A stretch of 64,000 nucleotides of DNA from a bacterium (GTDB lineage Bacteria > UBA8248 > JACPRG01 > G963555815): contig CAUVWX020000001.1 in assembly GCA_963555815.3 (NCBI GenBank), positions 1,216,001 to 1,280,000 on the forward strand, written 5' to 3'. Below the pieces are notes generated by a model. That model was given only the letters and a program-made list of their open reading frames with translations, was not told the DNA's origin and made no database searches. The translations under genes and the position numbers were made by a program. Within the stretch, counting starts at the first letter, position 1. Every line of letters starts with the position of its first letter. This document shows positions 38,755 through 47,709 of the stretch, piece by piece.

Positions 38755-39183
38755 TCAAGGGCCAGTGCCAGCCCCGGAGACCCCCTCACGGTCCCCTTTT
38801 TTCTTCGCCTTGGCGAGGAACCGTTCTCCATCGACGATGAACCGCTCGTGAACCCCTTCTGCGATCTTCTCCACCTCGTCGTGGGCCTCTACGTCGAAGA
38901 CGAGACGCCTGCCGTCCACCTCCCGAAGTCGTACCTGGGCCACGATTTGAAGACCCGGTGGGGTCGCCTTGAGGTGGCGGATCTGGACCAGTGTCCCTAC
39001 CGTAAAGGTTCCCGGCGGGAGATGGCTGAGGACGGCCTGACTGGCCGCATTCTCCAGAAGGCGGATCAGGACAGGGGTCGCCAGGACTTGGACCCCCTTG
39101 TTCCCCAACGTGTGGGCCAGGTCGCGCATTTCAACCGTCTGCTCGGCTCGGCCTTCCAGCCCTGGGCGAATGGTCTCTTTCAC
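38755..39183 (-). CDS. FlK-like hot-dog thioesterase
   Basis: VLATPVLIRLLENAA; TVGT; HLKATPPG; GVHERFIVD; GTG start at 39183. Confidence 0.88.
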   Translation of the reverse strand: MKETIRPGLEGRAEQTVEMRDLAHTLGNKGVQVLATPVLIRLLENAASQAVLSHLPPGTFTVGTLVQIRHLKATPPGLQIVAQVRLREVDGRRLVFDVEAHDEVEKIAEGVHERFIVDGERFLAKAKKKGDREGVSGAGTGP

Positions 39184-39232
39184 GGTCTTGCTCCCGGTGA
39201 TGAGATAGCCCCGAGGGGCCAGGAGAATCGGT

Positions 39233-39691
39233 CTATTTAGGAAGCTTCTGGAGCTCCGTGAAGATCTCCTTAGGGTCGGGCATCTCTCGCAGGTCTTCCT
39301 CGACCTTCCGGTAGGTGATCTTCCCCGCTTTATCGATAATGACAATCGCCCTTTGGGTCATCCCGCCGGGATGAAGAACCTCATAACTTTGGGCGATCTC
39401 TTTGCTGAAATCGCTCACGACGGGGATCTGAATCCCGTAAGCCTTTACCCAAGCCCCTTGGGCCCAGGGGCTGTCCACACTGACCCCCAAGACCTCGGTC
39501 TCCAGGGCTCGGAACCGCTCGATGTTCTGAGAATACGCGGGGATCTGCTCACTGCAAACGGGGCTAAAGACAAACGGGAAGAAAGCCAGCACAACATTCT
39601 TCTTCCCTCGGTAGGAGGAAAGAGTGATCTCCCGATTCCCTGTCGCCTTTGCCGTAAAGTCGGGGGCCTGATCTCCGACTTGGGCCGCCAT
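39233..39691 (-). CDS. peroxiredoxin (AhpE/BCP-like)
   Basis: VGDQAPDF; FFPFVFSPVC (PxxxS/TxxC); GVSVDS; RAIVIIDKAG. Confidence 0.9.
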   Translation of the reverse strand: MAAQVGDQAPDFTAKATGNREITLSSYRGKKNVVLAFFPFVFSPVCSEQIPAYSQNIERFRALETEVLGVSVDSPWAQGAWVKAYGIQIPVVSDFSKEIAQSYEVLHPGGMTQRAIVIIDKAGKITYRKVEEDLREMPDPKEIFTELQKLPK

Positions 39692-39850
39692 AGAACCCCT
39701 TTGAATGGATAAGACAGTTTTTTCGAGATCGGCTGTCCATAAAGCCCAATTCTCTTCAACATATTCGATAGGGGCCGGACTGTCAATTCAGCCTGTGTTT
39801 CGCTTGATTGGGGTAGCGGCGGGGTTCTGTGCGCGTCCCTCAGCCCTGCA

Positions 39851-40084
39851 CTACGAAGGAAAAATCTCTGAGACTCGCCGGGCCTGGACGGAGGATTCCA
39901 CGGCCCTGTCACTCTCGGTGAGGTACTTGACGACGGGTTGGGCGAGGTTCTCATCGACGAACAAGAGAAAATCTGTTGGGTCTCCGGGACGAAATTGAAC
40001 TGATACGATGACGGCGTCCGGCGGGATGACGTGGCCGACCAGGAGACTTCTGATCAGGTCTTCTTGAGTGTCAGGTGCTCCCAT
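39851..40084 (-). CDS. hypothetical 77-aa protein
   Basis: ATG with RBS AAAGAGGGG; protein-like composition; divergent from the XRE gene. Confidence 0.6.
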   Translation of the reverse strand: MGAPDTQEDLIRSLLVGHVIPPDAVIVSVQFRPGDPTDFLLFVDENLAQPVVKYLTESDRAVESSVQARRVSEIFPS

Positions 40085-40118
40085 CGTCCCCTCTTTTTTC
40101 CAATGGATTTTGCTATTG

Positions 40119-40191
40119 ACCCCGAGAGCCTCATACCCCTAGCCTTAGGGAAGGTATGGGACCCATCGGCTTTGGCGTCGACTCCCGGGGT
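40119..40191 (-). ncRNA. candidate structured RNA (three-way junction) in the leader of the 77-aa ORF
   Basis: minus-strand 12-bp closing helix with two G-U pairs plus two inner hairpins whose loops are complementary; folded by eye only. Confidence 0.35.
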
Positions 40192-40215
40192 TTTTCTGTT
40201 CACAATTCACCCAAG

Positions 40216-40734
40216 ATGAGCCTTTCCCATTTGAGAAACCCTGTCAAGAGAAAAATAGCCCAAACGGGAAATAAGTTTTCGGCTAGACTGTCGAAGCGGC
40301 TGAAATCCGCCTTTGGCTCCCTCAGTGTGGCAGAGGTGGCCAGGAGGACGCGTTACCCCTACAGGACCGTTCACAATTACCTCCAGGGGCGAGAGCCCTC
40401 TTTGAAATTCCTCTGCGACGTGGCCGAGGAGTTTGATGTCTCCCTGGATTGGCTGCTGAAGGGGGTCCCCCCCCAAAGCGCACGAAAGGCGATGGGGCGC
40501 CCGGGGAGCAGACTGGTCCGAATTCGAGAACCGTCAAAGGGAGGTGTCATCCGGCCACTTTCTCCAGGGGAGGTTAAGCGGGTGGCTGAAGAGGAGGCGC
40601 GCTACACGTCCGCCAAGCCAGCCGACCCGGAAATCATCAGGCTGATGAAGGCTCTCGCGGACCTGAGGGAGAAAAACCCTAAAGGGTTTTCGGCGTTGAA
40701 GTCGATGGTCGAGGCGCTCAGGAAGAAGAAATAG
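40216..40734 (+). CDS. XRE/CI-like helix-turn-helix regulator
   Basis: SVAEVARRTRYPYRTVHNYLQGREPS...FDVSLDWLLKG. Confidence 0.85.
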   Translation: MSLSHLRNPVKRKIAQTGNKFSARLSKRLKSAFGSLSVAEVARRTRYPYRTVHNYLQGREPSLKFLCDVAEEFDVSLDWLLKGVPPQSARKAMGRPGSRLVRIREPSKGGVIRPLSPGEVKRVAEEEARYTSAKPADPEIIRLMKALADLREKNPKGFSALKSMVEALRKKK

Positions 40735-40758
40735 GGATGCCGGAGGCGAAATGGCCGG

Positions 40759-41649
40759 TCATCGTCCCTGGTTGACCTCGTGGGCAAGCTCGGCCATGGC
40801 CCGGATGTGTAAAGGCGTTGTTCCGCAGCAACCCCCGAAGAGATTTGCGCCGTTGGGGATGAGCCTGCGCATCCCTGCGGTCATCCGCTCTGGGGTCTCA
40901 TCTCATTCCAGCTCCCCGGCACGCATTTTTGGAAGGCCTGCGTTTGGTTTGCAGACGAGAAGCGCCTTGGGAAAGGATTTCCTGAGCTCCGTGAGGATGA
41001 CGATTGCCTCCTCGACGCCGTTGGTGCAGTTGGCCCCGATGAGGTCGGCCCCGGCCTGAAGGGTTTTTCGCCCGGCTTGGGAAGGGGTGACGCCGCATAG
41101 GGTCCTGGGGCCTTGTGGGCCCGGGGCAAAGGTCAGGTTCGCGATAACGGGGAGGTCCGGCCGGATCGCCTTGGCCGCTCGGATCGCCCCCTCGGCCTCC
41201 TCGACGGCCATCATGGTCTCTACCGCCACCCCGTCAATCCCTCCGTCCACGAGGCCTTGAACTTGCTCGGCGAAGATGTCGATCACCTCTTCCGGGTCCA
41301 AGGGGGGCCCCTGAGACTGCCCCGTCGGCCCCACCGAGCCAAAGACCCATTTTCCCGGTCCCGCCTCCTTGCGGGCGAGCTCTGCCGAGAGCCTGTTGAG
41401 GCGGTAGACATCCTTCTCAAGGCCAAAATTTTTGAGGCGGAATCGGTTCCCCCCGAAGCTGTTCGTATAGACAAGATTACTCCCGGCCTCAAAGTAGGAC
41501 CGATGAATCCCCCTCACCTCTTCCGGCCGAGTCTGACACCAGATCTCAGGGGGTTCGCGAGCGTCCATCCCCATCTGCCGGATCAGGGATCCCATCGCCC
41601 CATCGGCCACCAGGATCTGTTCACGGGCCGCCTGAAGAAAAGAGGTCAT
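40759..41649 (-). pseudogene. homocysteine S-methyltransferase domain protein with an in-frame TGA at 40903-40905
   Basis: VADGAMG; TNSFGG; GSVGP; VETM; GANC; PNAGLP; after the TGA the same frame continues DETPERM...GGCCGTTPLHIRAM to a stop at 40759. Confidence 0.85.
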
Positions 41650-41936
41650 GTGCTCTCCTGGTCAGGGATCAGCGCTGGGAGCAGACCCTTTTATATTGGT
41701 GTGGAGCCGTCTGTGGGGGCCCGATTCGCCTAAAATGAGAAGCCTCTGTTAAGGAGTTCTAGAGAACCCATCATCACAGGACTTCTGAGAGATTATAAGA
41801 GATGTTCCTCCAATAAATACCTATCTGCCATCAGGACCTTTTAATTATTTCAAGGTAAAAACACGTTGCATTTTTTTTGAATTGGTAACAAAATTAGCAG
41901 TAGAGATCTAGGGGGATATTAAGGGGAGGATTGGTC

Positions 41937-42107
41937 ATGAAAACCCTCTTCAAGGTTGCCCTGGGATTTGTGGTTCTCTCTCTCCTCGGCTGTGCGAATG
42001 TGACGTCCGTTGTGAAATCCTACAACGTCGAGGAGAGTTTTGGGACCGCGTCAGAGGCCTATAAGGCCACTGTGTTGGAAGAGCAAAAACAGAAGCCAAG
42101 CCGTTAG
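41937..42107 (+). CDS. 56-aa small lipoprotein (absent from the ORF track)
   Basis: MKTLFKVALGFVVLSLLGCANVTS...; lipobox LLGC; RBS GGGGAGGA. Confidence 0.7.
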   Translation: MKTLFKVALGFVVLSLLGCANVTSVVKSYNVEESFGTASEAYKATVLEEQKQKPSR

Positions 42108-42354
42108 GATTCCCTTCTTCCGTTCCACCAATTCAAGGGGTTCTCTCAACCAAAATTTTTTTGAAATGTAAAGGGGCGTGATTTTAATGAGCCCCGAGGA
42201 AGGGTGCGCCCTCTGTCTTCGTTGTGAAGTCCTTTTGTCTATTTGCTGAATCCCTTTGAAATTTGAAATTTTTTCCCCTGAAACAAAAAAGCCGAATATA
42301 TTCTCCCAGATCATACATCTTCTGGGGTAATGTCTGTCGTAAGGAGGTCAACAA

Positions 42355-42882
42355 ATGAAGCTCAAAGTCTTTCTGGTAGCAGTAACGTCAATTGGTCTTC
42401 TGGGTGGAGCGGCTTTGGATGAGGCGAGAGCTCAATCTGAGATCATTCTTCGCGATTACCCCATTATATTCGAACTGTGGGAGCTGGGAAAGGAGGCATG
42501 CGAGGAGGGAGATCTTGCCCAGTGTGTGGATGCGACGCGCGACGTGAATTAGAGCCTTGAAACCCTTCGGGACTCCACAGGAGCCATCGACGAGCGAATC
42601 CTCCTCATCGGCACCCGGGCCCTTACGGCCACCGGCTTCAATGTCGCCATGGCGGTGTCCGCCGTGAACAGTGGGAACCAAGCACAGGCGTGCATTCTCT
42701 TAGGAAATGCCCTCCTCCATGCGGCCAATGCCGCTGAAGTCCTCGCATTTCTCCCTGATCCCGGCTGGGAAGATGAGGTCAAAGAGGCTGTCGCCAGTCT
42801 TCAGGCCGATGCCGTCACCCAGCGGGTCAGGCTGAGGCCCCTCGTAAACGAGGCCTGCCCCCCAGGGGAAACCTTCTTCTAA
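42355..42882 (+). pseudogene. secreted helical hypothetical protein (175 codons) with one in-frame TAG at 42550-42552
   Basis: RBS AAGGAGG; signal peptide ending ARA/Q; ORFs 42355 and 42649 share a frame with only one stop between them. Confidence 0.65.
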
Positions 42883-42898
42883 GGGAAGCCCAGCCCCT

Positions 42899-43768
42899 TT
42901 AGAGCGTTCGACCCACGGCGGCCACAACCGATCGGAGCCTCTCCATCAGGTGCCCGAACGCCTTGTAATCGATGGCCTGGGGTGCGTCGGTAATGGATTT
43001 TTCGGGTTCAGGGTGGACCTCCACCATTAGACCGTCAGCCCCCGCCGCGGCCGCGGCCAAGGCCATCGGCTCCACAAATTCCCTGTACCCTGTGGCGTGG
43101 CTCGCGTCAAAGATGACGGGGAGATGCGTCAGCGTCTTCAAGGCCGGGATGATCATGAGGTCCGGGTGCCACCGGATGGTGGGGAAGACGCGCTCGTAAG
43201 TCGGTCCTCCCACAATGCCCCGCTCGCAGAGCATCACCTGGGTGTTTCCCTGGCGAAGGATTCGCTCCGCCGCCCCCAAGATTTCGTCCACTGTTCCCCA
43301 GGTCCCCCGCTTCAAGAAGACAGGTGTCCGGCCGCGGCCGACCTCGTTAAGCAGGTCATAGTTCTGGAAGTTGCGGGTCCCTATCTGGAAAATGTCTGTA
43401 TGGCCTCCGACGATCTCCACGTCTCTGGGGTCCATGACTTCGGTGATGACGGGAAGTCCGCTGGCCCGCTTGGCCTCATCCAGGAGAGTCAGCCCCTCTT
43501 CCTCAAGCCCCTGAAACTTGACGGGATAAGTCGTGGGCTTGTAGGCCCCTCCCCGAAGGACGTGGGCGCCCGCCGCCTTGAGGGCCTTGGCGGCGTCCAG
43601 TATCTGCTCTCGGTTCTCAACGGAGCAGGGCCCGGCGAAGACGATGAACCTGCCGGGGTCCCCGATCTCCACACCCGAGATGGAGATCCGCGTGCCCTCG
43701 GGCTGACGGTCCCGCAGGACAAGCCCCACCTTTCCCTCTTTCTCCAGGGCCTCGACGAAACTTCTCAT
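42899..43768 (-). CDS. type I-beta DAHP synthase-family aldolase, divergent active site, no regulatory domain
   Basis: AGPCSVE; LRGGAYKPTTYP; QIGTRN; LKRG; CERG; DASH; MVEVHPEP. Confidence 0.85.
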   Translation of the reverse strand: MRSFVEALEKEGKVGLVLRDRQPEGTRISISGVEIGDPGRFIVFAGPCSVENREQILDAAKALKAAGAHVLRGGAYKPTTYPVKFQGLEEEGLTLLDEAKRASGLPVITEVMDPRDVEIVGGHTDIFQIGTRNFQNYDLLNEVGRGRTPVFLKRGTWGTVDEILGAAERILRQGNTQVMLCERGIVGGPTYERVFPTIRWHPDLMIIPALKTLTHLPVIFDASHATGYREFVEPMALAAAAAGADGLMVEVHPEPEKSITDAPQAIDYKAFGHLMERLRSVVAAVGRTL

Positions 43769-43946
43769 TCTTCGCTCCCCTGCGATTGCATCTGCTCAGA
43801 CCCGGGCCTGTCGAATCCTGCTATTCTATCACGGAGTACGAAGGCGGCTTAGGCATCCTCTCGATCTCATTTTGAGGAACAATCGGGCCCTTGAAACGCT
43901 CTCTCTCTGGCCTTACCTAGATTAAGACCCTCTACAGGGGAAAGAA

Positions 43947-44645
43947 ATGATGTTCAGGCTCCGTGGGTCAAAAAGGCTGGAAAGGGATGGCCGGGAAGGG
44001 ACCCACCGGTTCGACACGGCCCGGGAACGGATGGTGGAAGAGCAACTTCGCGGCCGGGGGATCACTGACCTCCACGTCCTTGCGGCCATGGGCAAGGTGC
44101 CGCGCCACCTCTTCGTGGAGGAAGCCCTGCAAGAGCGAGCCTATGGAGACCATCCTCTTCCCATCGGCGAGGGCCAGACCATCTCCCAGCCCTATATCGT
44201 GGCCCTCATGTGCGAGACCCTGGGGCTGAGGGGGGGCGAACGGGTCCTTGAGATCGGGACCGGATCGGGATATCAGGCGGCTGTCCTGGCCGAGCTGGCC
44301 GAGAGGGTTTACAGCGTTGACCGCTTCAAGGGGATTAGCCTTCGGGCGCGAGAGGCGTTAGAGAAATTGGGTTATCATAATGTGTTGACCCGGGTTTGTG
44401 ACGGGACCCTGGGGTGGCCCGAGGAGAACCTCTTTGACGCCATCGTCGTAGCGGCCGGCGCCCCGGCTTTGCCAGAACCCCTGATGAAGCAGCTGGCCGT
44501 GGGGGGCAGGCTGGTCATCCCCGTTGGGGACGCCCAGGGGCAGGTCCTGCTGAGGGTGACCAAGGGACCGCAGGGGCTGAAAGAGGAAAAGCTGGGCGCC
44601 TGTGTCTTTGTGAAGCTGGTCGGGAGATACGGGTGGCCCGAGTGA
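43947..44645 (+). CDS. pcm: protein-L-isoaspartate O-methyltransferase
   Basis: VPRHLFV; GQTISQPY; LEIGTGSGYQAA; GGRLVIPVG. Confidence 0.96.
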   Translation: MMFRLRGSKRLERDGREGTHRFDTARERMVEEQLRGRGITDLHVLAAMGKVPRHLFVEEALQERAYGDHPLPIGEGQTISQPYIVALMCETLGLRGGERVLEIGTGSGYQAAVLAELAERVYSVDRFKGISLRAREALEKLGYHNVLTRVCDGTLGWPEENLFDAIVVAAGAPALPEPLMKQLAVGGRLVIPVGDAQGQVLLRVTKGPQGLKEEKLGACVFVKLVGRYGWPE

Positions 44646-44697
44646 AGGGCCCCTTTGATGCGGTCCTCCTGCAGAGGTTTTAAATTTCACATAGAGT

Positions 44698-44774
44698 CGG
44701 GGCGTAGCGCAGCTTGGTAGCGCGCCTGCTTCGGGAGCAGGAGGTCAGGAGTTCAAATCTCCTCGCCCCGACCA
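44698..44774 (+). tRNA. tRNA-Pro(CGG)
   Basis: acceptor stem CGGGGCG/CGCCCCG; D-arm TAGCGCAGCTTGGTAGCGC; anticodon arm CCTGC-TTCGGGA-GCAGG; GTTCAAATC; encoded CCA. Confidence 0.97.
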
Positions 44775-44852
44775 ATTTTGTGAACTTAGAAGACCACTAG
44801 CCTGTCTCGATCTCACAGTGCAAAGAATCCAAAGTGGTCTCCACCACTTCGG

Positions 44853-45659
44853 TCAAGCTAAAACGACCTGGTCGATGGCGCCCTCTGTAAGCAAAGATAT
44901 CTTTCCCCGGCTCTCCCCTCCTTTGGCCGCTATCTTCAGAAGCATCAAATATTCCACGTTCCCTTTGGCCCCTCGAATGGGCGAGCGGATGAGATCGAGG
45001 GGCAGGAGCCTCTCCCTTTGGAAAAAGACGGTGAGGTCTTGAAGGACCTTTCGATGCTTTTCTAAGTCTTTCACTATACCCCCCCGGCCCACCTGTCCTT
45101 TTCCCACCTCGAACTGGGGCTTTATCAAGGCGACGACGGTCGATTCCGGAGCCAGCAACGGGGCGACGGCCGGGAGGACCAGCTTGAGGGAGATGAAGGA
45201 GACATCGACCGTGGCGAGATGGGGGGTCTCGGCTAAATCTTCCGGCGAGAGATAGCGCGCGTTCTTTCCCTCGATGACAGTCACGCGAGGATCCTGCCGC
45301 AACCCCCAGTCGAGCTGCCCCTGCCCGACGTCCACCGCGTAGACCCGGGTGGCCCCGGCCTGCAATAGGCAGTCGGTAAAACCGCCTGTCGAGGCCCCCA
45401 CATCGAGACAGATGAGGCCCGAGACATCTAGGCCAAAATCCTCAAGGGCCTGGGCGAGTTTGAGACCCCCTCGGCTGACGTAGCTAAGATCTTTCCTGAG
45501 CTCGATAGGGGAGGTGGGGTGGACGAGGGCGCTCGGTTTCAGGAGGAGGCGCCCCTCGACCAAGACGTTCCCCGCTTCGATGAGCTCCTGGGCACGCTCT
45601 CGACTCGACACAAGCCCCCTTTCGAGGAGGACCTTATCGAGCCGCTCTCGTTTCCCCAT
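44853..45659 (-). CDS. tlyA: TlyA family rRNA methyltransferase
   Basis: S4 domain RLDKVL; YVSRGGLKL; LDVGASTGGFTD; LIKPQFE. Confidence 0.95.
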   Translation of the reverse strand: MGKRERLDKVLLERGLVSSRERAQELIEAGNVLVEGRLLLKPSALVHPTSPIELRKDLSYVSRGGLKLAQALEDFGLDVSGLICLDVGASTGGFTDCLLQAGATRVYAVDVGQGQLDWGLRQDPRVTVIEGKNARYLSPEDLAETPHLATVDVSFISLKLVLPAVAPLLAPESTVVALIKPQFEVGKGQVGRGGIVKDLEKHRKVLQDLTVFFQRERLLPLDLIRSPIRGAKGNVEYLMLLKIAAKGGESRGKISLLTEGAIDQVVLA

Positions 45660-47581
45660 GGACTAGCACTGGAGGGGCTGTGGGGCGGGAGGAGGTGAGC
45701 AGGCTTCGGCCGGCCTCTGCGATGCCTTCAGGGTCGAGCCCTTCTAATTTCCTCAGGATGGCGGGGGCCCCGTGGGGGGCAAAGACGTCGTGCACCCCAA
45801 GACACTTGACCGAGATGCCCGCGAGGAGGTTCCGCTCGGCCAGGCATTCCAGGACAGCGCTTTCAAAGCCTCCACGAATCGTATTTTCTTCGACCGTCAC
45901 GATCCGGCCGACTCTCCGGGCCGCCTCCTCCACCAGGTTGGCATCGACAGGCTTGGCAAATCGCATGTTGACGACGCCGGCCTCGATCCCCTCCCTGGCC
46001 AGGATCTCCGCCGCCTCCAGCGAGGGATAGACCAGGTTCCCCAGCGCCAGAAAGCAGAGATCTTCGCCCTCCCGGAGGACCTCTCCGCGGCCCACCTCAA
46101 GAGAGTGAATGGTGGGGTCGAGGGGCACACCGACCCCTGAGCCTCGGGGGAAGAGCACAGCGGCAGGCCCAGGATACTCAATGGCCGTCTTCAGCAGATG
46201 CCGGAGCTCGTTCTCGTCCTTGGGGGCCATGATCACCATGTGAGGGAAGGCCCGAAGGTAGGTTAAATCGAAGACCCCGTGGTGTGTGGGGCCGTCTTCG
46301 CCCACCAGCCCAGCCCGGTCCAGGGCGAAGGTGACGGGGAGGTTCTGAAGACAGACCTCGTGGAAGATCTGGTCGTAGGCCCGCTGAAGGAAGGTGGAAT
46401 AAATGGCCGCGACGGGCTTCATTCCCTCCGAGGCGAGACCGGCGGAAAAGGCCACGGCGTGCTGCTCAGCGATGCCGACGTCATAAAAGCGGTCCGGGAA
46501 GATTTTCGCAAACTCGTCAAGCCCAGTCCCGTCCGGCATGGCGGCCGTGATGCCGATGATGCGCTCATCCTCCTGAGCGAGCTCGATGAGCGCCTTGGCA
46601 AAAACCTTCGTGTAATTGGGGGGAGAGGGTTTAGGCGGTTTTGCGTTGGTCTTGCTGCCCCGGGGGGCCACCTTTTTCGCCGTGACGCCGTGGTATTTCA
46701 CCCGGTTTTCCTCAGCAGGCTGATAGCCTTTCCCCTTCTCGGTCAGGAGATGGACGAGGACAGGTTGCTTAAAAGCCTTGATGTTTTGAAAAGTTTCCAC
46801 CATGGCAGCGATGTTGTGCCCCTCGATGGGTCCGACATAGATAAAGCCCAGCTCCTCGAACAGGACACCCGGGGAGATCAGGGTCTTCATCGCCTCCTCG
46901 AACTTTTTGGCCGCCCGAAGGGCCACCGAGCCGCCCGGCATCTGGTTCAACAGGTGTTTGAACTCCTTGCGAAAGCTCACGTAGAGGCGGCCCGTCAGGA
47001 CTCGGCTCAGATAGGTGGAGATGGCCCCGACGTTGGGGGCAATCGACATCTTGTTGTCGTTCAAGACGACGATGAAATCCCTTTTTAGATGGCCTGCGTT
47101 GTTGAGCCCCTCATAGGCCAACTCTGAGGTGAGGGCCCCGTCTCCGATGACGGCCACGACCTTGTGAGACCCCCCCCTGATGCTCGCGGGCCTCCACCAT
47201 CCCGAGAGAGGTTGAGATGGAGGTCCCTGCGTGGGCCGTCGTGAAGAGGTCGTATTCGCTCTCCCCCCGCTGGGTGAACCCGTAGAGCCCTTTGTACTGG
47301 CGCAGCGTGTCGATGCGGTCCCGCCGGCCGGTGATGAGCTTATGGGTGTAAACCTGGTGCCCCACGTCGAAGAAGATGCGGTCTCTCGGGGTATCGAAGA
47401 CATAGTGAAGAGCGAGAGTGAGCTCGACCGAGCCGAGGTTTGCGCCCAGATGGCCCCCGGTCACGGTTGTGACCACCCGGATGATCTCTTCCCGGGCCTC
47501 CTTGGCGAGGGCCTCCAATTCGTGGATGGAAAGCTTCTTCAGGTCTTTCGGACTATTAATGCGGTTCAGCAATTCGCCCAT
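45634..47581 (-). pseudogene. dxs: 1-deoxy-D-xylulose-5-phosphate synthase, +1 frameshift in a G8 run (47170-47177)
   Basis: N-part [15 protein letters not shown]-part VIGDGAL, DVGIAEQH, DGPTHHG; removing one G gives [19 protein letters not shown]. Confidence 0.93.
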
Positions 47582-47709
47582 GCCTTCGTCCGACCCTCCA
47601 AGCCTGGGTGGCCCTCATGGGATCCCCTGAGCGTAAACAAGGAGATCAGCGAAAAGAGCCCGAGGTGAGGCTTTGGCTCGAGCGTCAGGTTGACTTATTC
47701 TATCCCGAA

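Noticed and set aside
39233..39691. Selenocysteine peroxiredoxin
   Set aside because: The peroxidatic residue is an ordinary Cys codon and the ORF is uninterrupted
39851..42882. Prophage remnant
   Set aside because: Only an XRE regulator; no structural, replication, lysis or integrase genes
44698..44850. Integrative element at tRNA-Pro
   Set aside because: No integrase and no duplicated tRNA 3' end seen; flanked by housekeeping pcm and tlyA
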